Counted from the first letter of the stretch, positions 49,213 through 62,506 are shown. The stretch: DNA of 64,000 nt from Mobula hypostoma (GCF_963921235.1 NC_086097.1:42286001-42350000); one strand, 5' to 3'. Made by a program: numbers and translations. Notes: generated from the letters alone by a model not told the origin.

Positions 49213-52200
49213 GTACCTCTTCCTAGAGATGCTGCCTGGCCTGCTGCATTCACCAGCAACTTTGATGTGTGTTGCTTCACAGTAGGGATGGTGTGTTTTT
49301 AATAATGTGCAGTGTTTGGCTTACACCAAACATAACATTTAGTCTGATGGCCAAGAAGATCAACTTGGGTTTCATCAGACCATTGAACCTTCTTCTAGCT
49401 GACTTCAGCTCCCACATGCCTTCTGGCAAACTCTAGCCGAGATATCATGTGAGCTTTTTCCAACAGTGGCTTTCTCTTTGCTACTCTCCCATAAAGCTGT
49501 GACTGGTGAAACACTTGGGTAAAGTTGTTCTGTGTGCAGTCTTTCCCATCTCAGCTACTGAAGCTTGTAACTCTTCCAGAGTTGTCACAGGTATCTTGGT
49601 GGCCTCCCTCACTAGTCCCTCTTCTTGCACAGTCACTCAGTTTTTGAGGACGGCCTGCTCTGGGCAGATTTACAGCTGTACCATATTCTTTCCACTTCTT
49701 GATGATTGACTTAACTGTACTCTAAGAGATATTCGGTGACTTTGGTAATTTTCTGGTCTCCATCTCCTGACTTGTGCTTTTCAATAACCTTTTCATGGAG
49801 TTGCTTGGAGTCTTTTGTCTTCATGGTGTAGTTTTTGACATGATACTGACTCACCAGCAGTACTGACCCTCCAGATACAGGTATATTTTTACTACAACTA
49901 ATTGAAACACCTTGTCGGCACACAATGATCTTCATGTAATTAGTTGTGTGACTTCTAAAACTAATTGGCTGCACCAGTGATGATTTGGTGTGTGATATTA
50001 AAGGGGGTGAATCCTTATGCAATCAATTATTTTGTGTTTTATATTTTGTAATTAACTTAGATCACTTTGTAGAGATCTGTTTTCATTTTGACACAAACGT
50101 CTTTTTCTGTTCATCAGTGTCAAAAAAGCCAAATTAAATCCACAATAAAACATGAAAACTTCCAGCGGTGGGGGGGGGGGGGGTGAATACTTTTTATAGG
50201 CACTGTCGGTGTCTTTACTCTGCAGGTGCTCCAGAGATGTGAATAGGGCCAGGTAGACTGTGTCTGATGTAGACCTTTTTCAGCGATAAGCAAATTGCAG
50301 TGGATCAAGTTTGTCCGGGAGGTTGGTGTTAATGCTTGTCATGACCAGCTTGTCGAAGCACTTTATGATAATCAATGTCAGGGGCACTGGGCAACAGTAT
50401 CTAAAGCATGCTGGCTTGTTTTTCTTAATTACTGGGAGGATAGTGGTCTTAAAGAGCCTGGGAACCTCAGATTGCAGCAGGGAGAGGTTAAAAATGCCTG
50501 CAAATACCCCCGGTAGCTGATCTCTGCAAGATCTAAGTACATGGCCAAGAATACCATCCAGGCCAGTTACTTTCTTTGGGTGGACTCTCTGGAAGATCGC
50601 TATTAACTCCACAGTGAGGACTATAAGTTCAGGTGCTTTGGTGGCTCCAGGCTGGGTGGTGACATTCTAATTCCCTACTGCTGTTTCGTTTAGTTGTATA
50701 TATCTGTACGGTTGAATGACAATAAACTTCAACTTGAACGTACATAAAATACTTCAAGCTCATCAGGAAGTGATGTGCTGTTGTTGCCAAAGCTGCCTGA
50801 CTTTGTGCTGAGGCCCATTATAGCATGTAAGCCCTGCCAGAACGGATGACTAGTGTGGAGTTCTATTGTCTGAAGGCATGCCTGATAATTTTACAGTGGC
50901 CTCAATTTCTTGTAAAGATCAGGGTCACCTGACTTGAATGATTCCTGATCAGAATTCCTGGTTCTCCTGGTTTGTCCATGGTTTCCAGTTTGGGATTACC
51001 TGGTCTGTCCTATTTGTTAGACAATCCTCAACACACTTGCTGATAAAGTCCACGATGGTGAAGACATACTCATCAAGGCTAAATGCTGAGTCTTCGAACA
51101 TGGTCTGTCAGCTCAAAGAAGTTGCATCGAAGATCACCTGTTTCCTCAGACCAACACAGTATGACTTTCTGTACTGAATCCGCCCAACTCAGCTTCGGTT
51201 GTACGCTTTGAGAAAGAGCATGGCCTAGTGGTCGGAATTACCAAAATATGGGTGGAGGGGGGGTAGATAGTTCAGTAGGCATCTTCTATAGCTGTCTAGC
51301 GTCATCAAGGGTTACCTGAAAGATGTTCCTTCCTAGAGGTAACAACCTCTACCCTTCTCTATCAAACATTTGAGGGAATCTCCTACATAACACTGGATTG
51401 TGAAATGTAAGGCCTCCATCAAAATAAAACTACGGGAGGAACTCAGAAGGTCGAGCAGAATCTGCGATGGCAAACTGATGGTCAGAGTTACGGGTCGTGA
51501 GCCTGCTTGAGGGCTGACAGATGCTGTATCTATGATCTCCATTATTTCTCTTTTACCCAAGGGGGTGGTGGATGATTAGTCACTGAGTATCTGCCACAGG
51601 TTTTTAGACATCTTGAGATATGAGATTACAAAATGGCAAGGTATGTAATGGTGGAGCAGGTCCAGGAGACTGATTAGCCTGCTCCTGCTTCCGCACTTAT
51701 TGTGGAATAATGTCCTTTCAGTGAGTCAGGTAGTTAACAATACCTTCGTATCTGAGAAGATGCACATACCTTTGAAGTCCTCAGCTAAAGGAACAACCTC
51801 ACCAATCAGCTGCTGACAGAGCAGCGTAATCAGATTTAAGATTTTGCTTGCTGTTCATCTAGAGTAGAACTTCTCAAGCAAACATGATGATCACCCTTAA
51901 TCCTTCCATTTTAAGAAAATGTAGTCAGATGCCTGACAGGTCTTGAGAATCAGAAGGGCAGAGACAGATGATCTTTACTCAATAATGTAAGCACTAAAGG
52001 ACAGCAAATGCACATGAAGGAGTTGCTAAACGCAAATTAATTTATCCCCAGTTAGTGCAAGATGTTATTGTAATAAAAAAATTAAGGCAAGTTCCGTGGC
52101 AGGCATAGCCACCCAGTGGCATATCACAGTTGATTCCAACACTAACAAGAGAAAATCTGCAGATGCTGGAAAGGAAGATTTAAACCTCCAGGTATCCCTC

Positions 52201-52529
52201 TCATGGCCTTATAGATCTCAGTGGGGTCTGTCCTAATTGACTTTGGTTGTTTCATTCCAAAAAGATACCTCGTGAATCAAATATTTCCTTAAAGCTAAAA
52301 TTGTCTAGGCCTGGAAAGATCCTCATAAATCTCCACTTCACTCTCCCCAGTGCATCAAATCTTCTTCCAGAAATTTACAAAAGTACCAAAAATGTTTTCT
52401 ATGTCTCATGCTGTACAGTTCTAGTATTACCTCCCAGCTTTAATATTCTTTGCTTCGGCAGATGAGAAAGCACCCTTCTGCCTTTTTAACCATCTTCTCA
52501 ATATGTACTGATATTACATTAGATTGGAT

Positions 52530-53185
52530 TATGAGGACACTCAGTCCTCGTTTATTGTCATTTAGAAATGCATGCATTAAAAAATGATACAATGTTCCTC
52601 CAGAAAGATATCACAGAAACACAGGACAAACCAAGACTAAAACTGACAAAACCACATAATTATAACATATAGTTACAACAGTGCAAAGCAATAGCGTAAT
52701 TTGATAAAGAGCAGACTTAGGGAATGGTTAAATAAGTCTCAAGTCCCGATAGCCCCATCATCTCACGCAGACGGTAGAAGGGAGAAACTCTCCCTGCCAT
52801 GAACCTCCAAGCGCCGCAAACTTGCCGATGCATTGGAAGCACCCGACTGCAGCCGACTCTGAGTCCGTCCGAAAACTTCGAGCCTCCGATCAGCCCTCCG
52901 ACACTGAGCACCATCCTCTACCGAGCGCTTTCAACCCCACCACGGCCGCTGAGCAACAAGCAAAGCCGAGGACTCGGGGCCTTCCCCTCCGGAGATTCTG
53001 GACCACACAGTAGCAGCAGCAGCGAAACAGGCATTTCAGAAGTTTCACCAGATGTTCCTCTGTGCTCTCACATCCATCTCCATCAAATCAGGATTGTACA
53101 CGGCACCCTACTTGACAGTTAACAGACATCACCACTGGAGTGGCCGCTGCGAGCGGCGTCGCGTCACCATCTTCTCCTCCTCCTC
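52530..53185 (-). mobile_element. CpG-rich non-coding interspersed repeat, probably a non-autonomous LINE derivative
   Basis: Reverse complement begins ggagaagatggtgacgcgacgccg and ends ...tgacaataaacgaggactgagtgtcctc; sharp composition change against the flanks. Confidence 0.5.
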
Positions 53186-55194
53186 TTTAATGGTCAGTAG
53201 GCAGGTACATACTCCAAAGTTCCTCTGAACTCCACATTTCTTGGCAATCTTCTATTAATTGCATATTTGCTAGCTGTTGCACTACCATCTGGGTAAATTC
53301 CATTTGCCTCTCTTTTTGTCAAACAAATCAGACCCTTCTGCAGTCTGTAGCTTTGACCCTCACTATCAACCAGAGGGTAAATTTTTGTACAACCTTTAGC
53401 GTGTCTTCTGCTCTTAAGTCTAAGTTATTTATATAGTGTTCTCCTGCATTACGGAGAAGTTGTGTTCCAGAAGACTGGCTCTATCACAAAACTATTTTAT
53501 TGCCATTGAATCCAACGTTATAAGCAGAGATGTTTTCCTACAAGAAGTTTTTCTCTCAAAAGTAATGCCCATGCCAGTAACAATTTCTTGGCAAGTAAAT
53601 CTGATTATATTGTCGACAGAAGAGAAGGGATAGTTATTTTAATTCTCTAGACTGGATGTTACATTGTTAGATAAGGTATTGTTGAACAAGTATCAATGGA
53701 AGAAGTTGCTTTGTCAATTTCCAGAGCAAATCACATAATTGACTTCTGGCTGCAAAACTGCAGCCTGCAAGCATTGTCCCTGATAAATTATTTCAGGTTT
53801 CTGTTTACATTTGTGTTTACATTAATGTTTGTTTATTTATTGATTCACATAAATTCTGTAAGGGTGAATTGTTATTTTGTATCTCAAATCTTCAGGTAGT
53901 AATTTGTGAATTTTACAAAGGTAAATTTCCAATACACAAACTGTCATAACACAAGGTTACACTGTATACTACATCATAAAAAGCAAGGGGGCGAGTGTCA
54001 GAGGAAAGACAGATTCCAAAGGCAACCGGAGTTTATTCATAAGAATTCCAAAAGAAGATCGGTGGCTCAGCCAAATGGCACTACAAGACATAACGTTCTC
54101 AAAACTAGGACCCCATGATCAGCGCTAATCGGGCATCCACTTAAATAATACAATTAACACAAAATCCCCGAGCCTACCAAAATAAACTTAACAAGTTTAA
54201 ATAGATAGCACCAGGAGACCACATTACAAAGAGCGCTTCATTTGAGAAAAGAACATAAGTAATTCTGAATGATCAACAACTGTCATTAAACAACAATTAA
54301 CCAGTTCAGGTGCTCTAAACGCCTCAGAGCCCAATACTCTCCAGCTCCCATGCAAGCCTGAAGAGCTCATTATGGTCGAGCATAGAAACCAGTGGAACCG
54401 TGCTGGTAATAGCTTTGCATTTACAAAAACACCCATCAACAATTACACATTAGCAGCTTCTTTCCTCCCCCTCCTCCTCCTTCCCCTCCCTCGTCCAACT
54501 GTCTGTTCAGTCTGTATCACATATGCTCATTTTTCCAGGTATGTTTAATTCCACATTCGTGCCTGCATTTGCACACACCACATCCCCTCCCCACCATGCC
54601 TGAGAAATGTTGAAGACAGATATAACACTTACAGCAACTGCTCAACCTCTCATGTGAAACCTTTCAATGAGAAAAAGCTGTACAGAGAAGCAAGAACAAA
54701 TTGAGTGGTGACAACATCCCGAAGTAATAACTAAAGAACGAAGCCATGAATTGTCGATGATCTGTTTAAACAGAATAGTCTCAACTTCATTTTGTTTAAA
54801 TCATGCTCAACGGTGCAAGTTTAAGAAGCATAAAAGCTGAGGATAATCCAGAAGAAACTACTTGGCCCTATGCATCTACATAAAACAGAGAACGATATAA
54901 CACAGGAACAGACCCTTCAGCCCAAAATAATGTGCCAAACCTTCAAATTAGAAATCAAATGACCAACTAAACCAATCTCTTTTACCTACACAATATCTAT
55001 GTCCTTTCATTTAACTCACATTCATTTGCCTATCTAAACGTCTCTTAGAAGTCCCTAATGTACAGATCTGCCTCTAATACCACCGCAGGCAGCACGTTCC
55101 AGGCACCCATCACTCTCTGTGTAAAACACCCGCTCCTCACATCCCCTTTGAACTTACCCCCTCACCCTAAATGCATGCCCTCTGGTATTATTCT

Positions 55195-57460
55195 ATCCAA
55201 GACGGTGCCACACTAGTGGCAGCTTGTTGTAGTAGCTCTTCCACTGCACTTCCCCCACTTGGCAGATTGACCACAACCCGCTCTTGCTCACACCCGGGTA
55301 CGTGCCTCTGGTCTAACGGCAGCCTGCATCAACAAGGATTGTAAGGAGGCGGACTCAGGATGTAAATGAGGCACTGCAGGAATGCTTTGAGAGGACGGAC
55401 TGCGGTGGGTTATGTGAGCCACACAGGGAGGATGCCACCAAAATGACGGATTGTATCACAGGCTACATCAAATTCTGAGAGAACACCATCCTGCCAGCCA
55501 GGACTGTACACTGCTTCCCCGACAACAAGCCTTGGATCACCAGTGACCTGAATATGAAGAAGAAAGCCATCAGGTCTAGAAATGGACAAGTACTGAGAAA
55601 AGTACAGAGTGAACTGAGGGTAAAGCTGATGGAGTACAAAGAATCCTACAGGAGGAAGCTGGAGTACAGGCTCCAGCAGAATAACATAAGGGAGGTGTGG
55701 TCAGGTATGAAGCAGATCACCGGCTTCAAGGTTGAGGAAAGGAAGTTCGAGGGCTGCCTGGATAGGGCCAACAAATTGAAATTGTTTTTCAACAGGTTCA
55801 GCATGACAGTTCCTTCTGTGCCCTCCCCCACATGCCCAGACCACACACCCTCCTTGCCCCCAAAGCCTTCTCCCTTCACCCTTCCCTCCCCTCTGGTGAG
55901 TGGTTGTGTTCCAAAACCCCCACCCCACCAACTTTTGAGTATCCTGCCTTCATGAGGATGACCGTTGTCCCCCACCTGACTGTGACTGCAGGCCAGGTTA
56001 AGAGACAGCCGGAGGGACTACATCAAGGCAAGGCTTCTGGACCAGACGGTATCAGCCCCAGGGTACAGAAGGCCTGTGCAACCAGCTGTCTGGTATTTTG
56101 GAGCACCTTTACAATCTGAGTCTGAGTCTGAGTCAGGAAAAGATACCGGTGCTATGGAAGACTTCCTGCCTGGTTCCTGTAGAAGGGGATTCCATCTGAA
56201 CTTAATGACTACAGAACAATTCCCCTCACATCTCATGGGATGAAGGTGCTGGAGAGGCCGGTTCTGACTTACCTTGGTCCGCAGGTGAGATCTTCATTGG
56301 ACTCTCTACAGTTTGCCTGTCCATCTCGTGGGAGTGGATGATGCCATCATCTACCTTGCAGAGAGCTCACTCCCACCGGGATGATGCTGGTGGCATTGTG
56401 AGAATCACATTTTTGATTTCTCTAATGTCTTCAATACAATCCAGTCACTTCTTCTGAGTGAGAAGCTGAAAAGGCTAGGCATAGAGAAACCCATAATCTC
56501 CTGGATTACCGACTACCTGACAGATAGACCCCAGTTTGTACGGCTGGGTAGTTCTCTGTCTGAGATGGTGGTGAGTGGCTATGAAGTGCCACAAGGGACT
56601 GTCCTGTCTCCGTTTCTGTTCACACTGAACACCTCAGTCTTTCAGTACAAATCTGAGTCTTGTCACTTGCAGAAGTTCTCTGATGACTCTGCGGTGGTTG
56701 GGTGTATCAGGGATGGGCAGGAGTTGGAGTACAGAGGATTGAAGGACACGTTTGTGGAGTGGTGCAGGAGGAATCACCTGCTCGTGAATGTGGCCAAAAC
56801 CAGGGGGATGGTGATTGATTTTAGGAGGAAGAGGACTGTGACGAGTCCTGTATACATTCTGGGAGAAGAAGTTGCGGTGCTGGAGGAGTACAAATACTTG
56901 GGTGTTCACCTCGACAACGAACTTGACTGGAAAACCAACACCAGGGCCGTTTACAGGAAGGGGACGAGCAGACTCTATTTTCCAAGGAAGCTGAGATCCT
57001 TTAAAGGCTGGATCCTTGGCTACAGCCCGGACTCTTTTAAGTTAGTGGTGGAGAGGGGTCACTAAACAAACTGTTATCATCATGAACAATCAGGAACGTC
57101 CTCTCCATGACCTACTGAATAGGTAGTAGAGTACCCTTTCAAACAGGCTCATTCAGCTCCACTGTCACAAGGATCGTTACAGGAAAATCGTTCCTACCAA
57201 ATACAATAAGCATATACAACAGTTCATCTCTGTGCAGTGGGAGAACACACACCATAGTACAATGCTTTCTGTTTTATTATTTTGTACATTATTATTGTAC
57301 AGAATTGCACATTGGTAAATTATTATTGTGTATATTATTATTCTGTACTTCATTATTAGTTAAGTCTGTGCACTGCTAAGTGTGTTTTTAAATGTTGCTG
57401 CTGTAATAAAAGAATTACCCACTTGGGATCAGTAAAGTACTTATTACTATTATTATTATT
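55195..57460 (+). mobile_element. Rex1/Babar-type LINE (end of APE + RT) with (TAT)n tail
   Basis: NKPWITSDL, KASGPDGISPR, VPQGTVLSPFLFTLNTS, LQKFSDDSAVVG, KTRGMVIDFRRK, YKYLGVHLDN. Confidence 0.9.
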
Positions 57461-58554
57461 AGATGCTTTGCCCACCATTCAGTGAAATCATGACAGAACT
57501 TATCAGCATCACTCAACCTGATCTGCCTTCGAGAAGGTCAGCTGCTACAGAATTATGATGATGAGGCAGCAGTATCAAATTTCCAAGGTGTGACTTGAAG
57601 TTGATAATATTTCCATGCAGTTACTAATTTTGATCATTTATGTGGTCTGGGGCACAAGTTTGGGAGGTAGTTTGTTAGGGTATATCCTAGAAATAGTCAA
57701 GGTACATCCAATGCTGCATTCATATTGGGATAGCAAATAACTTCAAGAAAAATGCAAACAGGAAAACCATTTACTTAAATGTCCAACAATACACAATAAT
57801 GCACTTGATGCTAAATTAAAGTTTATACTCATCCAATTCTAGAAAAACCTAATTTGTTACTCTGTCTAATAGTTCAAAGCCAATAACTTACACCTTACAT
57901 GATCAAAGGAAAGTTTGAATTAACAGAGCAAATCCTACTATGCATATTTGTGTGTAGTCTGTCATTTTCCCCCATAGAATTTCTCCGGAAAGCTGTTTCT
58001 GAAGATAGTGAATTCTGATGAACAGAAAGTCACCGCAAAACTATCATCTTTCAAGCCACACAAGCGTTTTGTGCTTCAGCAAAGTAATCTTTTTCATTTC
58101 TGCTAATCAAAAATCACAGCGGTTTTCCTCCTTAATAAAAAAGATAAGTTTTCTCAGTGGAACCTGTAATGCGAACTGTGCTGCTTTATAAAGTAGTTCA
58201 TTTAACTTAATGAAATGTACTTTCTGCGGCAGTATATTAACTTATAAAAACTTGCATATATAATGAACCTGCAATAAATTATGTCTGAAAATGGGATTAA
58301 CAATTCAATTACCTTGAAATGTTTGTTTGTGTTCATGGGTATCTTAATGTAGAAACTTTGAGAAGTAACCGCTTCAGTCACATCATGAGACATGCAGTGA
58401 AACTGGGACCCTGATCTTAATTGCCATCAGTCTTTGAGCTGAGATAGCATATTTATAAGTTAATACTCATTTACATCCTGTGTGCCAACCATTCTAAGCA
58501 AAAAGAAGCAGGACCTGGAAACTGTGGCAAGTAGCAGGATCCACTACAGGGTTA

Positions 58555-59514
58555 TAGTCATAGAATCATAGAAAATTATAGCACAGAAACAGCCCTTCAG
58601 CCCATCTAGTCCATGCTGAAACCATATAAACTGCCTACTCCCATTGACCTGCACAGAGACTACAGTCCTCCATGCCCCTACTGTCCAAACTTCGCTTAGA
58701 AGTTGAAATAGCACCTGTAGCACTTGTGCTGGCAGTTCATTCCACACTCTCACAACCCCTCATGTTCCCTTAAGCTTTTCACCTTTCACCCTTAACCCAT
58801 GACCTCTGGTTGTAGTCTCATCCAACCTCAGTGGAAAAAGTCTACTTCTATTTACGCTATCTATACCCCTCATAATTTTGTATACCTCTATCAAATCTCC
58901 TCTCAATCTTCTGCATTCTAAGGAATAAATTCCTAGCCAATTCAATCTTTCCTTATACTCAGGTCCTCCAGACCTGACAACATACTGCTGAAGGGTTTCG
59001 GCCTGAAACATCGACAGTACTTTTTTCCACAGGTACTGCCTGGTCTGCTGAGTTCCTCCACCATTTTGTGTGTGTTGCTTGGATTTCCAGCATCTGCAGA
59101 TTTTCTCTTGTTTGTGATCAGGACATCTTTCCAAATTTTCACTGTAATCTTTTAAATTTATTTACATCTTTCCTGTAGTTAGGTGACCAAAACAGCTCAT
59201 AATACTTCAAATTAGGCCTCACCAGTGTTTTATACAACTTCAACATAACTTCCCAAATCCTGTACTCAGTAGATTGATTTTTGAAGGCCAATGTATGAAA
59301 AGCTTTCTTTATGACCCTATCACCTGTGACACCACTTTCAATGAATTATAGACCAGTATTCCCAGATCCCTTTGTTCTACCACACTCCTCAGTGGCCTAC
59401 CGTTCACTGTATAAGACTTACCCTGGTAGGTCCTACCGAAGTGCAACATCTTGCACTTGTCTGCATTAATTTCCATCTGCCACTTTTCAGCCCATTTTTC
59501 CAGCTGATGCAGAT
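58555..59514 (-). mobile_element. CR1 3' part; contains a pLTR fragment at ~58985-59116; continues at 62507
   Basis: QLEKWAEKWQMEINADKC, SLECRRLRGDLIEVYKIM; tail atagtcatagaatcatag. Confidence 0.88.
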
Positions 59515-60400
59515 AGAAACATAGAAACGTAGAAAACATTCAGTACAATACAGGCCCTTCGGCCCAGAAAGCTGTGCCGAACGTGTCCCTACCATAGAAC
59601 TACCTAGGCTTTAAACATAGCCCTCTATATTTCTAAGCTCCATGTAGCCATCCAGGAGACTCTTAAAAGACCCTATTGTGTTTGCCTCCACCACCGCTGC
59701 CAGCAGCCCATTCCACACACTCACCACTCTCTATGTAAAAATCTTACCCCTGACATCTCCTCTGTACCTACATCCATGCACCTTAAAACTATGCCCTCAC
59801 ATGCTAGCCATTTCAGCCCTGTGGAAAAGCCTCTGACTATCCACATGATCAATGCCTCTCATTATCTTGTACACCTCTGTCAGGTCACCTCTCATCCTCC
59901 GTCGCTCCAAGGAGAAAAGGCCGAGTTCACTCAACCTATTCTCATAAGGCATGCTCCCCAATCCAGGAAACATCCTTATAAATCTCCTCTGCGTCCTTTT
60001 TATGGTTTCCACATCCTTCCTGTAGTGAGGCAACCAGAGTTGAGCACAGTACTCCAAGTGGGGTCTGACCAGGCTCATATATAGCTGCAACATTACCTCT
60101 TGGTTCTTAAACTCAGTCCTACAGTTGATGAAAGCCAATGCACCATATGCCTTCTTAACCACAGAGTCAACCTGCATAGCTGCTTTGAGTGTCCTATGGA
60201 CCCAGACCCCAAGATCCGTCTGATCCTCCACAATGCCAAGAGTCTGACCATTAATGCTATATTCTGCCATCATATTTGACCTACCAAAATGAACCACCTC
60301 ACACTTATCTGGGTTGAACTCCATCTGCCACTTCTCAGCCCAGTTTTGCATCCTATCAATGTCCCGTTGTAATTTCTGACAGCCCTCCACATTATCTACA
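59515..60400 (-). mobile_element. CR1 3' part with (TGTTTCTA)n tail
   Basis: ORF 59797..60414 LQRDIDRMQNWAEKWQMEFNPDKC...RPHLEYCAQLW. Confidence 0.92.
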
Positions 60401-60409
60401 ACTATTATG

Positions 60410-60990
60410 ATCACTTTACCCTAAAGGTTTTAGCTTAAGCTCTCTAATCAATTTCGGTTCTTTGCACAACACCCAATCCAGAATAGCTGAAAAAAAAGCC
60501 ATTTCGTAGGCATTCTAGAAATTCCATCTCTTGGTATCCCACACCAGCTTGATTTCCCCAATCTACCTGCATATTGAAATCCCCCATGACTATTGTAACA
60601 TTTCCCTTTTTGCATGCATTTTCTATTGCATATGGTAACTTGTAGACCACGTCCTTACTACTCTTTAGGTGTCTGTATAATACAACCGCTATCAGGGTCT
60701 TTTTACCCTTGTAGTTCCTTAGCTCTATCCACAAAGATTCAACATCTTCTGACCGCCCCCCATGTCACCTCTTTCTAATGATTTAATTTCATTTTTTACC
60801 AACAGAGCCACACCACCCGCTCTGCTTTCCTGCCTGTCCTTTCAATACAATGTGTATCCTTGGACATTAAACTGCCAGCTATAATCTTCTTTCAAGCATG
60901 ATTTAATGATGCCTACAACATCATACCTGCCAATCTGTAATTGTGCTGGGAGTTCATCAACCTTATTCTGTACACTGCACACATTCACAT
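60410..60990 (-). mobile_element. CR1 AP-endonuclease fragment
   Basis: NVCSVQNKVDEL, WIELRNYKGKKTL, IVMGDFNMQVDW. Confidence 0.8.
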
Positions 60991-62056
60991 CACATATTAC
61001 ACCTTTAGTCTTGTATTCACCTTTATCGATTTTGTCCACCTTCTACACCTTTTTCAAGGACTTTAAGCTTACTGACACCCTTTTAGTTCAACAGTACTGT
61101 TATTCCAAAAATAAATAAATGCCGAAGATACCAGAGAGCAGGGGTTCCCAACCCGGGGTCCACAGATCCCTCAGTTAACGGTCAGGGTCTATGGTATAAA
61201 AATGGTTTGGAGGTACCTAGAGATATGTGGTCGAAGCCTAGGAAATTGGGATGTACTGGGTCAGCATGGATTCACTGGGCCGAAGGGCGTGTATCTGTGA
61301 TGTATTGCTCAATGACCCGAGACTATGGAAATGTGACTTTGAAGAATTGAATTACCCTCTGCCAAGTCTGTATTCAGTGGGCCTATCAGTTGTCTGATTA
61401 CATGCATCATTCATTGGTCAATTTAGTGAACAATTATTTCATTTAAAAATCAAAGTAGAACTTTTCAAGATAAAAATTAAGAACTTGGTTGAGTGGCTCT
61501 GGCTTGATGTAAGATTTCGAACATAATTTTGCAATATTGCCCTCATACATATTGTTACAGACAGGTTTGCAAACAATTAGATCTGTGGAAATGGTTAAAA
61601 TGAGGAGGCTGGTTCAAGTGTGGAACGAGCTGTCAGTGCAAGTGGTGAATGGGGGCTCAACTGCAATATTTAGGAGAAGTTTGGATAAGTTCACGGCTGA
61701 GAGGGGTAGGGAGGGCCATGGTCCTCGTGTGGGTTTATGGGACTAAACAGAAGGATTGTATGGCACAGATTAGATGGGCCAAAGGGCTTGTATTGTAGTG
61801 TGCAGTAGCTCTCTATGACTCAAAAACTCCATCGAAAAAATTATAATGAAGAATCATCCAAGGCTCAGTCGTATCACACTCACTTCTGAATCAAAATGTA
61901 GGTGCAAGTCCAACCTAGAGATTTGAACTGGTACTTCAATGCCAGTGTTGCTTGAGGTGTCTTCCTTCCATCTAAAACTGAGTTCCCTCTTAGGTGACAC
62001 ACATCAAAGTTGCTGGTGAACGCAGCAGGCCAAGCAGCATCTGTAGGAAGAGGTAC

Positions 62057-62092
62057 AGTCGACATTTCAGGCTGAGACCCTTCGTCAGGACT
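62057..62092 (-). ncRNA. Hammerhead copy with C>T change in stem III
   Basis: Reverse complement AGTC CTGACGA AGGGTCTCAGCCT GAAAT GTC GACT. Confidence 0.7.
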
Positions 62093-62116
62093 AACTGAAG
62101 GAAGAGTTTCTCAGTT

Positions 62117-62152
62117 AGTCCTGACGAAGGGTCTCGGCCTGAAACGTCGACT
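62117..62152 (+). ncRNA. Minimal type I hammerhead ribozyme, intact core
   Basis: AGTC CTGACGA AGGGTCTCGGCCT GAAAC GTC GACT. Confidence 0.8.
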
Positions 62153-62506
62153 GCACCTCTTCCTACAGATGCTGCCTGGCCTGCTGCGTTCACCAGCAAC
62201 TTTGATGTGTGTTGCTTGAATTTCCAGCAACTGCAGAATCCCTGTTGTTTCCCTCTTAGGTGGATGTAAAAGACCGTAAAATACTTGTTTAAGGAAGATT
62301 TGAGCAACTTTCTTTACTGTCTTGGCCAATATTCATCTCCCACTCAAAAAGACAAAACATTGATTTACCTAGAAGTTCAACTGTAGTCAATAGTGCTAAG
62401 GTTGCTATATAATCCAGTCAATGCACTGTACAATACCTCTGAAATTTCATTTCCATTGAAATCATTAAAAGTATTTTAAGGGCAGGATAAAGAGCACTGC
62501 TTTGAG

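Larger units (their letters stand above)
47834..49272 (+). mobile_element. Penelope-like element 3' half with inverted 5' pLTR, nested in the Tc1
   Basis: STDVYYKPTDSHSYLDYSSSHP, CKRNKCYTCPY, GIY-YIG remnant, pLTR; inverted pLTR ~47845-47978; 17-bp TSD tgcttcac(g/a)gtagggat at 47817-47833 and 49273-49289. Confidence 0.94.
47139..50205 (-). mobile_element. Tc1-family DNA transposon with long (~200 bp) TIRs and a decayed transposase
   Basis: TA|CAGTGCTTATAAAATGTATTCAC ... GTGAATACTTTTTATAGGCACTG|TC; inverted gatttaatttggcttttttgacactgat; MKTKDSKQLHEKVIEKHKSG N-terminus; [14 protein letters not shown] and SPYLNPI (DLNPIE-like) remnants on minus. Confidence 0.92.
44450..51330 (-). mobile_element. 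Old Rex1/Babar-type LINE hosting nested Penelope and Tc1 insertions
   Basis: Collinear pieces: 3' end at 44450-44845; C-terminus and RT at 46319-47138 (FIDYSTAF, KFADE); 50206-51330 (LDPLQFAYR, KVTGLDGI). Confidence 0.8.
61997..62248. mobile_element. 252-bp ORF-less palindromic pLTR element with two opposed hammerheads
   Basis: ~100-bp arms (61997-62098 and 62111-62212) with a 12-nt spacer; perfect 14-bp TSD ttccctcttaggtg at 61983-61996 and 62249-62262. Confidence 0.92.

Noticed and set aside
30639..49302. Repeated peptides such as MILSYPFCQSPVQ... and ATHIKVAGE...RPFVRTN as a novel small-protein family
   Set aside because: They are chance translations of the repeated pLTR on both strands, with variable starts and stops.
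61139..61215. Possible hAT MITE remnant (caggggttcccaacc...)
   Set aside because: The right TIR and 8-bp TSD are not convincingly recoverable.
9756..62152. CRISPR-like reading of the recurring 36-nt hairpin motif
   Set aside because: Copies are dispersed, on both strands and embedded in longer pLTR homology; there is no spacer array and no cas gene, and the DNA is eukaryotic.
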